A stretch of DNA of 64,000 nt from Candidatus Melainabacteria bacterium 17Bon1m (GCA_032128875.1 JAVLKG010000004.1:448001-512000), one strand, 5' to 3'. Shown: positions 40,865-51,459, numbered from the stretch's first letter. Numbers and translations: made by a program. The notes: generated by a model not told the origin, from the letters alone.

Positions 40865-41695
40865 ATGCCAACCTATTCGGTCAATGCCGTCAACGTTGCC
40901 AGCTTTCCTCTCGGGGAAACTGACAAAGTGGTTACTGTGTTTTCCGCCGAACGTGGCTTGATCAAATGCGTAGCCAAAGGCGCGCGCAAACCAGGCTCGA
41001 AAATCGGCGGGCGGGCTGAGCTTTTGAACGTCAATAAACTGCTTCTTTCGACCGGCAGGACATTCGAAATAATTTCGCAAGCTGAAACCCTGGAGACGTT
41101 TCCAAAGCTTCGAGGAGATTTGGAACGGCTTGCTTACAGCCTTTACTACGCGGAATTGACTAGCATTTTCGGACAGGGCTTGAATGATGAGTCAAGTTCT
41201 TATTTTGATTTCTTGGTTATGTCGCTGCGATACCAGAGCCTGTCCGACTCTGATCCAGCCTACCTTTGTTTGATGTTTGAGTTGCGTTTGCTCGAAACAC
41301 TGGGGTATCGACCCGAATTGACTGTTTGCGTGAATTGCCGTTCGGTTTTAACAGACCATGTCATTGCCGGCTTTCACTTCGAGCTGGGCGGAATTGTCTG
41401 CGAGCGATGTCACCTCGAAGGTAAGCGTACCAAGGTGACGATGCGCGTCGCCGAAGACGAAGGAATATACGAGACACCGGGAGTCGATAAACTCGACAAG
41501 CACGTAACTCCGATGGTTTGGAAACGTCTGGTTTTGGCATCTGCCGGCAGCGACGTCCCCGATGCCCATCTGGAGAGTGATGGTGTAAAACGTGCGACAC
41601 GCGCCGCTCACCGGGTTATTGAAGGATACATTGAGCATAGAGCAGGCAGAAGAATCAAATCGCTTTCGCTTTTGGAAAACGCGCAAACTCCCTAG
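40865..41695 (+). CDS. recO: DNA repair protein RecO
   Basis: GETDKVV, VAKGARKPGS, LGYRPEL..CVNC..CERC zinc finger. Confidence 0.93.
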   Translation: MPTYSVNAVNVASFPLGETDKVVTVFSAERGLIKCVAKGARKPGSKIGGRAELLNVNKLLLSTGRTFEIISQAETLETFPKLRGDLERLAYSLYYAELTSIFGQGLNDESSSYFDFLVMSLRYQSLSDSDPAYLCLMFELRLLETLGYRPELTVCVNCRSVLTDHVIAGFHFELGGIVCERCHLEGKRTKVTMRVAEDEGIYETPGVDKLDKHVTPMVWKRLVLASAGSDVPDAHLESDGVKRATRAAHRVIEGYIEHRAGRRIKSLSLLENAQTP

Positions 41696-41781
41696 ATAAA
41701 AGGTCGCTTTGCAACCAAATCAAATTTAAAGTGCTAATCTCTTTATAGGTTATGTGGGCTTAGCGAGCTGATTTGCTGTAT

Positions 41782-42219
41782 ATGAGCGAAAATCCGATTC
41801 TACTGATCGTTGAAGACGATAAGACACAGCAAAAGGTGCTCGGACTTTTGGCTGAAAAGTACGGTTTCGACGTTGTGATTGCCAATACCGGGGCCAAGGC
41901 GCTAGTTGAGCTCGACAGCAGCGGAATTAAATTCGACGCAGTCTTGATGGACATAAGAATGCCAGACATGGACGGGTATGAATGCACAAATTTGATCCGC
42001 ACAAGAGAATTAGTAAGCGGGCGGCACATTCCAATCATTGCCATTACTGCCTATGCGTCGGAATCCTATAAGGCAAAGTGTCTTGCAGCGGGGGCTGACG
42101 ATTATCTGAGTAAGCCCTTCGATGCGGAAGACTTCCGCAAGATACTACTTAAATGGGCCTATAACCCGAACAAACCTAATTTGAAGCTTTTGCCTGGATC
42201 AAAAGAAGAAGCAGTGTAA
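41782..42219 (+). CDS. Single-domain response regulator
   Basis: ILLIVEDD, VLMDIRMPDMDG, IPIIAITA, GADDYLSKPF. Confidence 0.92.
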   Translation: MSENPILLIVEDDKTQQKVLGLLAEKYGFDVVIANTGAKALVELDSSGIKFDAVLMDIRMPDMDGYECTNLIRTRELVSGRHIPIIAITAYASESYKAKCLAAGADDYLSKPFDAEDFRKILLKWAYNPNKPNLKLLPGSKEEAV

Positions 42220-42237
42220 GACAGTTTTTGCCAATAA

Positions 42238-43839
42238 TTACGTCTCTTGCACAGGATGATACTGTTCCTCTTCGATGTTGAAAGTCCAAGCAACTGCTTC
42301 TTTTGCTGTCTGCATGTAAGGCGGAACTCGTAAGAAGTATTCACGGAAACTACCATCCGGTTCGGCAGTAGAATTCTTTACTCTAACCATAACCAGGGGC
42401 TCATCTCCGGACATTCGTTTGCGATAAAGAGTGCCGTATTGATCTTCGTTGATGATGTCGGCGTTTGATTCCATCAAGTATCTGGGAATGCCGAAGCGCT
42501 CCATCATTATGCGCCGCACTTCCAGATTGATCTCACTGTCTATCTCTTGGACTGTTAATGTTTCAGGAGAAACGGCCGTCTTTTCCGCTACTGTGACACC
42601 GTTGACTGCGTACATAGAATAACCATCTGCATATTGCAACACAGGACCTTCGGTCGAGTGAAAACGCAAGTCGTCATCGAGACTTACTATTAGAGGCGGT
42701 TTTGTGACGAAGGCAATTTCCGCAAAAGGGCAAATCGGTGTGCGATTGGCCAAAAATTTCCGCAGGTTGCGCACTGCATTCACTGTTTCTTCGCTGAAGA
42801 TGGCTCCCAGACCTGCGTCCACGAGGAACGTAAAATTGGATAAGCGCTCTAGTTTAGGGTGCCACACAATGCTGTTGAATCCGACGGCTAATTGGCCTGT
42901 GAACCAGAGTCCACTAGAGCCTCCGTCTACGATAGCTTCAAGAACGGGCGGGTATGATTCATAGATCGTGGGTTCAAGATTTCTGGCACTTAGCGCATGA
43001 GCCAAAATGCCCACAGTTTCCTCGCCTAGCTGTTTCAACAACTGCTCTTCCAGTTCACCTTGTTTTACCAATTCGTCCCTTACCAATGAAGTTGCATCTC
43101 CTCTTTCTCTAAAGATGCGTAGAGCTGCACGCTCTGTGGTTCCCATATTAGTCAGATTCTGCACTGCTGTACGCAATTGATTGACTCGAATCATTTCAGC
43201 CTGCAGGTCGATGTTGTGGAGATTCTCAATCTGACCAGGCATGCCACCGTCGAGAAAGAGGGTGTCAGAGAAGATCCAGTCTCGTATTTCGGGAGTGACG
43301 GCTGCGTCAAATTCCATTTCTAAGCACGAAACCATTGATTCGAAAAAGCCTAATCGAGAATCAATGCTCTTTCCTCTCGGTCGACCGAATATTGAAGCGA
43401 TGCCGTAAGAAGCCGGGCGCTTGCCGGTTTCAGCCTCGCTGCTGGCGTCCAAATATGAATTATGTTCTGCCCTCTGGGCTAGCAGTGTTTCAATATCAGT
43501 GTCTGAAATTTTTTCATTCATTGCTGAGATGACCTTATTCCAGACCGGATCCGTAATTCTCTCTTGAATAAACGCCCATGTCTGAGCGTCTGCCAGTGCT
43601 CGAATACGAAGCAACGCCGGCATGAGCATCATTTGCATGGGGCTATCTACTGATACTACTAATGGTGCCGAGAGCTTTAATAGCCCGTAAAAACTTTGAA
43701 TTATTTCTCTGTACTTTTCATCAGACAGCGGTTCTACAGCTTGTGCCAACCGCTCATCCCAATCACTGCGGTAATTGGAAAGTAGCTGCTGTGCTTCGGT
43801 TGGGAGTTCGCAGAGTTTTTCGCCGGGTTCTTTTGTCAT
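42238..43839 (-). CDS. DUF6745-domain protein
   Basis: C-terminal FHSTEGP..YADGY, NLEVRRIMMERFG, VKNSTAEPDGS..YFLRVPP..TAKEAVAWTF; N-terminal FY..L..P..V.VDSP. Confidence 0.8.
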   Translation of the reverse strand: MTKEPGEKLCELPTEAQQLLSNYRSDWDERLAQAVEPLSDEKYREIIQSFYGLLKLSAPLVVSVDSPMQMMLMPALLRIRALADAQTWAFIQERITDPVWNKVISAMNEKISDTDIETLLAQRAEHNSYLDASSEAETGKRPASYGIASIFGRPRGKSIDSRLGFFESMVSCLEMEFDAAVTPEIRDWIFSDTLFLDGGMPGQIENLHNIDLQAEMIRVNQLRTAVQNLTNMGTTERAALRIFRERGDATSLVRDELVKQGELEEQLLKQLGEETVGILAHALSARNLEPTIYESYPPVLEAIVDGGSSGLWFTGQLAVGFNSIVWHPKLERLSNFTFLVDAGLGAIFSEETVNAVRNLRKFLANRTPICPFAEIAFVTKPPLIVSLDDDLRFHSTEGPVLQYADGYSMYAVNGVTVAEKTAVSPETLTVQEIDSEINLEVRRIMMERFGIPRYLMESNADIINEDQYGTLYRKRMSGDEPLVMVRVKNSTAEPDGSFREYFLRVPPYMQTAKEAVAWTFNIEEEQYHPVQET

Positions 43840-43908
43840 TAACGCAAAGGATTCGCCAATGGAACTATTTGCTTGATCATACCCGGCTGCAGAAGTTTCA
43901 GGCGGCAG

Positions 43909-44517
43909 TTAGAGCCACTGGATCGTTGCTAATGCCTTTTCAAAGCTAGAGCGATATTTCTCGTATAGTTCCTTTGTTTGGGCCTCGAAAACAAGTTCTT
44001 CGATGATACAGTCTTCTCTTTCAGGATTGGAATCGACGAAGAGCCCGCAGTAGTATGCCTGGGGCTGCATATGGCTATTGTGAAAGACTCCGTATACTGC
44101 CAGTACTTTCTTGCCGTTAAGCAAAATCGATTCCATTCTTTGTAGGTAAAAACGCGGTCCGCCGATGCCAGTTTCGGAGTTGGTCAACTGATTATTGCCT
44201 GCATTGCCGAGAACATCGACCATTTCGCGGACAACCAACTCGGCTTGCGGGTGGCATAGGTGACTAGACTGGGAGTCGCTTGAATAGATGACACGCGGAG
44301 GTTCAGCAAGGATTTTTCTGAATATGCTTGCGTCATGTACTGCAGTGGGGCTGCCGCGAAACATTGAAGTGATGCTGACGTCGCCAGAATCTTTCTTTTC
44401 TCTTGGGTGAAAAGAGCGGCGCCAATTCTGCCCCATTCCGCCATAGAGAGTTTCTCCTCGGGCAAAAGAGTCAGGCAATCTTATTGATTTTATAGCTCCG
44501 AATTGATCAACAGGCAC
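43909..44517 (-). CDS. Hypothetical protein, possible PsbP/Mog1/DcrB-like fold
   Basis: AGAGGA RBS plus GTG; C-terminal LNGKKVL..G...LVFEA...Y..Y...F..AL.TIQW pattern. Confidence 0.65.
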   Translation of the reverse strand: MPVDQFGAIKSIRLPDSFARGETLYGGMGQNWRRSFHPREKKDSGDVSITSMFRGSPTAVHDASIFRKILAEPPRVIYSSDSQSSHLCHPQAELVVREMVDVLGNAGNNQLTNSETGIGGPRFYLQRMESILLNGKKVLAVYGVFHNSHMQPQAYYCGLFVDSNPEREDCIIEELVFEAQTKELYEKYRSSFEKALATIQWL

Positions 44518-44528
44518 TTCTTAGTCCT

Positions 44529-46532
44529 CTAGACGAAATGCATTTGCACCGGTTTTTGCATGGTGTTGGGCCTGCCAGTAAGGCGTGAGCGCTCTTCGGC
44601 TTGTTGATATTCGCCCATAGCTTTTACAAAGTCTAAATTGGCTTGTCTTTCCATGTTCTCGAGTTGAGCTTTGAGCCTTTCTCGCTCTAGTCGTTCGCGC
44701 TCTTTGACCTTTTCTTCTTCCTCGTTTTTCTTCTTCTCTTCGTCTCTTCGCTTGTCGAACTCGTTTTTAGTTTCGTTCGGGTTTTGACCGGTAGAAGGAC
44801 CGAATCTTGTGCCGTCATCAGGTACGCGTCCGCCGCCGCCGCCTGGGACATTCCAATTTGCCTTATTTGTCGCGATGTCTACGTCCCTGTCGCTGACGCG
44901 TCCGAGATCGTTTTTGGCGCCCCAGTTGTTATCTAGTCTGAAAGAACCGTCGCTGTTGAGGCTGATGTTCATGGCATGCATTCCATGACCGTTTCTGCCG
45001 CCTCCGGGCAAGAATGGCGCGTTGACACCAAGTTGACCTGATTGTCCGGTTTCTTTCTGGAAGTCTGACAGTTTTTGCCTTAATTCATCAGTATTTTTAA
45101 AAGTGCTGATTTTGAGATCGGGCGGGTATCCTGGCGGAGGCGCTTCACCTTTGCCGTCTCTGAACAAGCTGGCGCTGGCAAACACCGCACCATCCGCGCC
45201 GCCATTGGCTCGGTTGAGATGTGCGACATCCCAGATACCGACTTGCGGTCCGTCGCCTTCATAGTGCAATCCGCCTTTGCCATCTCTTGAAAAAACGCCT
45301 TCATTTGTCGATGTTTGACTGGAGCGTGCACCGCGCTCGTTGGCATGAGCAGCCATGTATACGTTAGAGGCGTTATGTATACCTTCGGCAGAAGTCTTGC
45401 CGCCTTCGCGCTCTGATTTGAGGTCGGCAGCTAGTTGACCGGCAAAAGCAGCATAAACTTGCCCGGCCGGACCTTGCTTGCCATTGTCGCCGTAATTCTG
45501 TGAATTGACCGTGCGGCTGGCTTCGAAGTCAGGTTTGAGACTGAGGGAATCTACTTGAACTACCCTTTCTTTACCTGGGATAGTTTCGCCGTTAGGACCG
45601 GTTCGGTCTTGCTCTTTGGCAATTGTGTAGCCGTTATTGACGAGATCTCTGGTTCGTTCGGCGACGTTGGCAGGATCGCCGGCTTCCAATTCTTGCTTGC
45701 CCATTGAGTGCAAAGCACAGGTCATGTGTTGACCTTGATTGACATATTTATCCGGATTCTCAGTGCGCATAGCCGAGTCTTTGACTATGTTTTTGCGATC
45801 GCTGGCAGTCAAGTAATCTACCTGTCCGTCAGTCAGTCTGCCACCCTGCGGCTTATCCAGGATTTCTTTGTGCGCAGTATTCATGCGCTGCATTTGCTCT
45901 TCAGCACTGCCTTTAAGGTGTCCTTCCGACTCTTCTTTCTTCAGGCGTGCATAAGTGTTTTCTGTGACGCGCTGTGCTTCTGCCTCTGAAAAGCCGGCCC
46001 GCCGTAAAGTATCGCTATAGTCGCTGAGGACGAGTTCTTTATTTAACTCAGGTCGATCGATTTTGTCGGCGACCTTTGTTTTGTCTAAACCGGCTGTCTC
46101 ACCAGATTTTGTCTTCTCATCGACTTTAGTATCGCCAATTTTTGCATCAACGCCGGCTGCCTTAGTCTTATCTAGTGAACCTCTCTGTTCGCCGTTTTCG
46201 ACTTGGCCACCCTTCTTTTGTTGACTGCCCAAGCCTTCTTGCGTCTCTGCTTCGCCGTCAATACCGAGACCCAATTGGCTGAAGGCTGCGGCATATGGCG
46301 TTCCGCGTAGTGATCGGGCTAATTCTGCACCCCTACCGTATATGTCGCCCCAAGAATTGATATCTGCAAGATTGAAACTATCGGTAGGCTTGTACTTTTC
46401 TGCCAGCTTAGACACATCGTTGTAAGTCGATGTCAGCTCTTTGTCTGACAAAGGCGAGCTTACGGCTACTTCGGACTCGGGCGTATCCCGAACCTTAGCG
46501 GGTGCGTCATTTTTTTGCTGAGTTTCTGTCAT
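44529..46532 (-). CDS. Large protein with papain-fold cysteine-protease catalytic motifs
   Basis: NQGQHMTC (Gln/Cys), HAMNI (His), DNNWG (Asn); no signal peptide; C-terminal E/K/R coiled coil. Confidence 0.75.
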   Translation of the reverse strand: MTETQQKNDAPAKVRDTPESEVAVSSPLSDKELTSTYNDVSKLAEKYKPTDSFNLADINSWGDIYGRGAELARSLRGTPYAAAFSQLGLGIDGEAETQEGLGSQQKKGGQVENGEQRGSLDKTKAAGVDAKIGDTKVDEKTKSGETAGLDKTKVADKIDRPELNKELVLSDYSDTLRRAGFSEAEAQRVTENTYARLKKEESEGHLKGSAEEQMQRMNTAHKEILDKPQGGRLTDGQVDYLTASDRKNIVKDSAMRTENPDKYVNQGQHMTCALHSMGKQELEAGDPANVAERTRDLVNNGYTIAKEQDRTGPNGETIPGKERVVQVDSLSLKPDFEASRTVNSQNYGDNGKQGPAGQVYAAFAGQLAADLKSEREGGKTSAEGIHNASNVYMAAHANERGARSSQTSTNEGVFSRDGKGGLHYEGDGPQVGIWDVAHLNRANGGADGAVFASASLFRDGKGEAPPPGYPPDLKISTFKNTDELRQKLSDFQKETGQSGQLGVNAPFLPGGGRNGHGMHAMNISLNSDGSFRLDNNWGAKNDLGRVSDRDVDIATNKANWNVPGGGGGRVPDDGTRFGPSTGQNPNETKNEFDKRRDEEKKKNEEEEKVKERERLERERLKAQLENMERQANLDFVKAMGEYQQAEERSRLTGRPNTMQKPVQMHFV

Positions 46533-46888
46533 CTGGTGGTTTTTGGTAAGCGGAGCCCACACTCCAAAGCTAGAGGTGAAATATTGCAAATTCTTTGCAA
46601 CACATAGCTGGCAGCTTCCATTTAAATTCGCAAAAGTATCAACGGAGTTTCAATGAAAACAGCAGGGCTGGCGGCGTGGGAACGTGCTGCAGGCAGTTTC
46701 CGGGGATTTGACAGAACAGTGCTAGGCGGCTAGTAGGTCGCAAATCGCGGTGGTTTTCTTTAGCCTTTTACTCAAAGCCCGGAAAGATTTGTGTTAGGAA
46801 CTGATTTTCGAGTTTACAAGTAGCCGACAAGGAAGATGGGAAGCGGCTAAAATACAAGCCGTACGTTGCCAAAAAAGGGAGTTTTGCC

Positions 46889-48151
46889 GTGGCTGGACTG
46901 AAAGAAGTTGATCCGGAAGTCTTTGAGCAAATCAACAAAGAGTTGAATCGGCAACGGCACGGGCTGGAGCTGATCGCGAGCGAAAACTTCGTTTCCAGAG
47001 CCGTTTTGGAAGCTCAAGGTTCTGTTCTTACCAATAAGTATGCAGAAGGGCTGCCAGGCAAGCGATATTACGGTGGTTGCGAGTTTGTTGACAGTGTCGA
47101 GCAACTAGCAATCGATCGCTTGAAAAAACTGTTTAATGCTCCGCATGCCAATGTTCAGCCACATAGCGGCGCGCAGGCCAATATGGCTGTTTTCTTTGCA
47201 ATGTTGCAACCAGGCGACACCATTATGGGAATGGCCCTCGATCAAGGTGGTCACTTGACTCATGGTTCTCCGGTCAATTTTTCAGGCAAGTGGTTCAACG
47301 TTCATAGTTATGGCGTTGATCCTGAAACCGGAAGGATCGATTACGACAATGTTCTCAAAATCGCCAAAGAAGTGAAGCCGAAATTGATCATCTGCGGCGC
47401 CAGCAACTATCCGCGCATAATCGATTTCGAGCGCTTCCGTAAAATCGCGGACGAGGTCGGCGCATATTTGATGGCTGACGTTGCTCACATTGCCGGTTTG
47501 ATTGTGGCTGGTTTGCATCCGAACGCGTTTCCTCATGCACACTTTGTCACTACGACTACTCACAAAACCTTGCGCGGACCGCGCGGTGGCGTCACCATGT
47601 GCCAGGAAGAGTTTGCCAAAGAAATAGACAAAGCTGTCTTTCCAGGCTTGCAGGGTGGTCCTCTAGAGCATGTAATTGCGGCTAAAGCAGTGGCTTTTCA
47701 CGAAGCATTGCAACCCGAGTTCAAGACTTATCAAAAACGAATTGTCGACAATGCTAAAAAATTGGCGGAGACAATCATGTCTGAGGGGCTGGCGATTGTG
47801 TCCGGCGGAACCGACAATCACCTTATGACTGTGGATCTTCGACCGATCAAAATGACCGGCAAGAAAGCCTGCGCGATTCTTGAGACTGTGCATATCACCA
47901 CAAACAAGAATGCAGTGCCTAATGATCCTGAAAAACCAATGGTAACCAGCGGAATTAGAATCGGCACGCCAGCTGTGACTTCGCGCGGATTGGGCGTGGC
48001 AGAAATGGAGATTGTTGGACGCCTGATTGCCGAGAAATTGCGCAGTCCGGAAGATTCAGCGGTGCAAGAGCGCATATTCAAGCAAGTCTCTGAATTGTGC
48101 GATCGCTTCCCGCTTTATCGCTCAGAAGACGAGTTGGTTCGTGCTAAGTAG
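46889..48151 (+). CDS. glyA: Serine hydroxymethyltransferase
   Basis: [56 protein letters not shown]. Confidence 0.98.
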   Translation: MAGLKEVDPEVFEQINKELNRQRHGLELIASENFVSRAVLEAQGSVLTNKYAEGLPGKRYYGGCEFVDSVEQLAIDRLKKLFNAPHANVQPHSGAQANMAVFFAMLQPGDTIMGMALDQGGHLTHGSPVNFSGKWFNVHSYGVDPETGRIDYDNVLKIAKEVKPKLIICGASNYPRIIDFERFRKIADEVGAYLMADVAHIAGLIVAGLHPNAFPHAHFVTTTTHKTLRGPRGGVTMCQEEFAKEIDKAVFPGLQGGPLEHVIAAKAVAFHEALQPEFKTYQKRIVDNAKKLAETIMSEGLAIVSGGTDNHLMTVDLRPIKMTGKKACAILETVHITTNKNAVPNDPEKPMVTSGIRIGTPAVTSRGLGVAEMEIVGRLIAEKLRSPEDSAVQERIFKQVSELCDRFPLYRSEDELVRAK

Positions 48152-49466
48152 TCAAACCAAAACAACAGCGAATACAAAAGTAGTGCCACCTAAAAAGCGA
48201 ACTGGATATGGAACGATTATTTGCCAGTTGTTGGTGCTGTTTGTCGGCATTGGCTGGACTGTGCTCATCTCGCAGAATAAGCTGGACGAGACGCATATTC
48301 CTGGCTTTCTAATCGCACTTGCGGTTAGCTGGTGGTTGACGCCGGAAATTCGGCAGCGCGCCTTGAAATTGGGTCTTGTAGATAAGCCCGGCGACGAACG
48401 TCGTATTCACACGGTAGCTGTGCCGCGCCTTGGTGGCGTCGGCATCTATATGAGCTTTATTTTGACGATTACAGCTCTGGCTGTAATCACAGGGCGTTTT
48501 CCACAAGATGCTCGAATAGTCGAAGGCGGTCTTGGGATTGCTGTAGGTGGGACCATCGTCTTCATTCTCGGTTTGATTGACGATTTGGAATCGTTGCCTG
48601 CAAAAATGAAACTAGTGATCCAGGTTTTGGCAGCAGGTGCCGCTTACTCACTTGGTGTGCGGATTCGAGCGATACCAATTCCTACTGCATGGGTGCCTAT
48701 CGATTGGGGATTCTTGCATCTGATGCCGGGTGAGCCTATTCAGTTAGGGCTGCTGTCTTTGCCAATCACAATTTTGTGGTTGGTGGGTGTTGCTAATGCA
48801 GTCAACTTAATTGACGGTATGGACGGATTGGCAGCAGGTGTGTCGCTGATATCGGCACTGACAATCTGGAGTATTTCGCTGGCAGACAGCATTGATAAAC
48901 CTTATGCCGGGTTGATGGCAGCTGTCTTGGCTGGAGCGCTATTAGGATTCTTGCGTTGGAATTTCAACCCCGCGCGGATCTTCCTTGGAGATTCAGGAGC
49001 CTATTTAGTCGGTTTTGTTTTAGCGGCAATTTCGATAACAGGCGTGATAAAAGGCGCAGCAGCTGCGACTGTGATTGTGCCTACCGCATTTCTTGTTCTA
49101 CTGATTCTATTCTTCCCTTTGCTCGATACATCGTGGGCTATCGTGCGGCGAGCGGCGCGTGGCAAATCAGTGTTCGAGCCTGATCGCCAGCACATTCACC
49201 ATCGACTTTTGGATACTGGGCTTTCACAGAAAAAGACAGCTTATGTTATTTACGCTGTGTCCTCATTGCTTGGTTTGGTAGCGGCTTTCTTTGTAGGGCA
49301 ACACTGGTATTTCTTACAAGTTGGCGGATCTGTTCTGCTTATGGCCTTCTTCTTTGCGTTGGTCTTGAACGGGCATAGGAATCGACGCAAAATGACGCCG
49401 ACAGAAGTTTATGGAGATGCTGTAGAAGAGCCTCCACCGCCTGCCTCAGACCCGGCCGATAGTTAA
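48141..49466 (+). CDS. Glycosyltransferase family 4 (WecA/TagO/MraY-like undecaprenyl-P GlcNAc-1-P transferase)
   Basis: [48 protein letters not shown] start overlapping the glyA end. Confidence 0.92.
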   Translation: MLSSQTKTTANTKVVPPKKRTGYGTIICQLLVLFVGIGWTVLISQNKLDETHIPGFLIALAVSWWLTPEIRQRALKLGLVDKPGDERRIHTVAVPRLGGVGIYMSFILTITALAVITGRFPQDARIVEGGLGIAVGGTIVFILGLIDDLESLPAKMKLVIQVLAAGAAYSLGVRIRAIPIPTAWVPIDWGFLHLMPGEPIQLGLLSLPITILWLVGVANAVNLIDGMDGLAAGVSLISALTIWSISLADSIDKPYAGLMAAVLAGALLGFLRWNFNPARIFLGDSGAYLVGFVLAAISITGVIKGAAAATVIVPTAFLVLLILFFPLLDTSWAIVRRAARGKSVFEPDRQHIHHRLLDTGLSQKKTAYVIYAVSSLLGLVAAFFVGQHWYFLQVGGSVLLMAFFFALVLNGHRNRRKMTPTEVYGDAVEEPPPPASDPADS

Positions 49467-49487
49467 TTGATTGGAGATGGAAAATTG

Positions 49488-50327
49488 ATGAGCCAAGTAA
49501 ACCCCAGAGCCAAATGGTTCTATTTTGCGGCGTCTTTATCTGTCGGCCTAAACATAATGCTGGCTGCTGACGCTGCACCTTCGCTCTACGACGACTATTC
49601 TAAAAAAGCAAAAGAGTACATGGATCAGCGACACAGTCGATTTCCTGAAGCTGAAAAATTTCTGCGCGCCGCTCTTTTTCAAGCAAAACGTTATGGCACT
49701 GACGACAAACGTTATCGCAATACTCTGCGCGATCTTGCTGAATTGAACTATCAGAAGGCAGATTTTAGAGATGCCATTCCTCTGTTTAGCCAGTCGGTTT
49801 CGCTAGCGCAACGGGCGGTTGCTAAATTGAAAGCGCAGCATGCCAGTCAAGCTGAGATTGCTGAAGAAACTCGTGAATGGGTAGCGGATCTGGCTGATCT
49901 TGCTGACTGCTATAGAGGTACATCGAAGTTTGAATTAGCTGCCGTTAGTTACCTGAAAGGCATCAAGAAATTGGATGGACTTGGTAAAGAAAACACCCTC
50001 CAAAGAGCGGAACTTGAGTCCGAGTTGGCTGATGTCTATACGGTGTTAGGAAAATACCAAGAAGCCGAAAAACTATATGAGAGAGCAATGGCTAGATTGG
50101 CTGAGAAGAAGACAGATCCAAAAGTCGACAGACGTAGCTATGAAGCAGTTTCTATCGATACCTTGCAAGACTATGCCATGCTTTTGCGCAGTACAAATAG
50201 AGTGAAGCAGGGTGATGAATTGCTTGCAGAGATGCGCAAAATGCTAGGTTTGCCTGAGCATCCTGCCACCATCCGCGATGCACATGCATTTGACGACGGC
50301 AAAAAGCTACCAGAGGCTGGACAATAG
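49488..50327 (+). CDS. Secreted TPR-repeat protein
   Basis: Signal peptide; TPR units (LAELNY..DAIPLFSQS; LADVY..GKYQEAEKLYERA). Confidence 0.8.
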   Translation: MSQVNPRAKWFYFAASLSVGLNIMLAADAAPSLYDDYSKKAKEYMDQRHSRFPEAEKFLRAALFQAKRYGTDDKRYRNTLRDLAELNYQKADFRDAIPLFSQSVSLAQRAVAKLKAQHASQAEIAEETREWVADLADLADCYRGTSKFELAAVSYLKGIKKLDGLGKENTLQRAELESELADVYTVLGKYQEAEKLYERAMARLAEKKTDPKVDRRSYEAVSIDTLQDYAMLLRSTNRVKQGDELLAEMRKMLGLPEHPATIRDAHAFDDGKKLPEAGQ

Positions 50328-50343
50328 CCCAAGAGGGTATTGC

Positions 50344-50590
50344 CAGCCGGTAGGTTTGCCTTCGGGCGGTAATTTTCGGCTGCGAATCAAGTGCAGCTGC
50401 GCACTTGCTATGTGCGATGCTTTACTTGATTCGCTTATACGCCGTTGTTCAATCGTAGATTTTGGTTCGATGGAAAAACGATGTATGTTGCTTTCGTGTT
50501 TTGGTTTTGATTGGTTTGTTTGGTGTCAGGTGTTTCGTCAACGCCTTCGTACTTGCTAATCTATCAAAACCATACGCAAAACTTGACAAC
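50344..50590 (+). ncRNA. Candidate structured RNA (four consecutive hairpins), unassigned
   Basis: Hand-folded stems at 50344-50382 (C-UUCG-G loop), 50382-50434, 50436-50487 and 50495-50576; G-U pairs favour the + strand. Confidence 0.4.
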
Positions 50591-50662
50591 CTTTATTTAT
50601 CCCTAACGTTTTCAAGATTTTTCGGCGCCTGATTGCCTTTTCGCAGGTGCAGGTAATGTGTG

Positions 50663-50694
50663 TGGAAAAAAGACCGTTAACGACCTTTTTTCCA
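50663..50694. repeat. 32-bp palindromic intergenic element, copy 3
   Basis: TGGAAAAAAGACCGTTAACGACCTTTTTTCCA, exact reverse complement of copy 1. Confidence 0.9.
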
Positions 50695-50724
50695 AGCTTG
50701 GGCGGGCGATAATAATTTGGTTTT

Positions 50725-51120
50725 TTGAGAACTGTTTTGAGCTATTTGGTTATATTCATAGGTGCCGGAATAGGCGGTATTCTTCGGTTTTTGTGCAGCA
50801 CTTTTGTGCACAAAGCTTCCGGCGGTTGGATGTTCCCCCTGGGGACGTTTGTGGTTAACGTGCTTGGCTGCTTGGTGATTGGTTATTTGATGCAATTGTC
50901 CGAATCCCGCGGAGTATTGCAGGGCGAGTGGCGCCTCTTTGTATTTGTAGGTTTGTTGGGTGGTTTTACAACGTTTTCCAGCTTTGGCATTGAGACTTTC
51001 CAGCTCATTAGAGATGGAGAGTACATTTTTGCAACTGCAAATGCGGTGGGTCAGGTTGTTTTAGGGCTGATGTTTGTCTGGCTGGGCGTTATTGTTGCCA
51101 GACTCTTACATGGAGGTTAG
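50725..51120 (+). CDS. crcB: Fluoride efflux channel Fluc/CrcB
   Basis: GAGIGGILRF, FPLGTFVVNVLGC, GLLGGFTTFSSF..ET. Confidence 0.95.
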   Translation: MRTVLSYLVIFIGAGIGGILRFLCSTFVHKASGGWMFPLGTFVVNVLGCLVIGYLMQLSESRGVLQGEWRLFVFVGLLGGFTTFSSFGIETFQLIRDGEYIFATANAVGQVVLGLMFVWLGVIVARLLHGG

Positions 51121-51122
51121 CA

Positions 51123-51458
51123 ATGCTGGGCAGCACCGGACAAGTTTTAAGGGTATTTGTTGGTGAAACCGATAAGTATCAAGGTGTCCCTGTGTACGAG
51201 TGGCTTTTGAAAAAGGCGAAAGAACATGGTTTGGCAGGGGGAACTGCAGTCAGGGGAATTGCTGGATTTGGCGCACACAGCCAGATGCACTCAAGCAAAA
51301 TTTTAGATATTTCTGCCAATCTCCCGATCGTTATTGAAATTATCGATGTGCCGGATAAAATCGAGCAGTTTTTGCCTTTTGTGGAAGAGGCGATTAAAGA
51401 AGGGCTGGCTACAATCGAGCCAGCCCAAATAAGGCTATTTAGAAAAGAGAAGAACTGA
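51123..51458 (+). CDS. DUF190 (PII-like) protein
   Basis: LRVFVGETD, GLAGGT..RGIAGFG, LPIVIEIID; usual crcB partner. Confidence 0.9.
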   Translation: MLGSTGQVLRVFVGETDKYQGVPVYEWLLKKAKEHGLAGGTAVRGIAGFGAHSQMHSSKILDISANLPIVIEIIDVPDKIEQFLPFVEEAIKEGLATIEPAQIRLFRKEKN

Positions 51459-51459
51459 T

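Noticed and set aside
3040-48106. Cyanobacterial HIP1 (GCGATCGC) enrichment
   Set aside because: Only about five copies seen by eye (3040, 5435, 15299, 45795, 48099), well below the density in HIP1-rich cyanobacteria.
50600-50724. Fluoride riboswitch upstream of crcB
   Set aside because: GGCGAT occurs, but the following GGTGTTCGCC-type stem and the CTGATGAC pseudoknot partner are absent.
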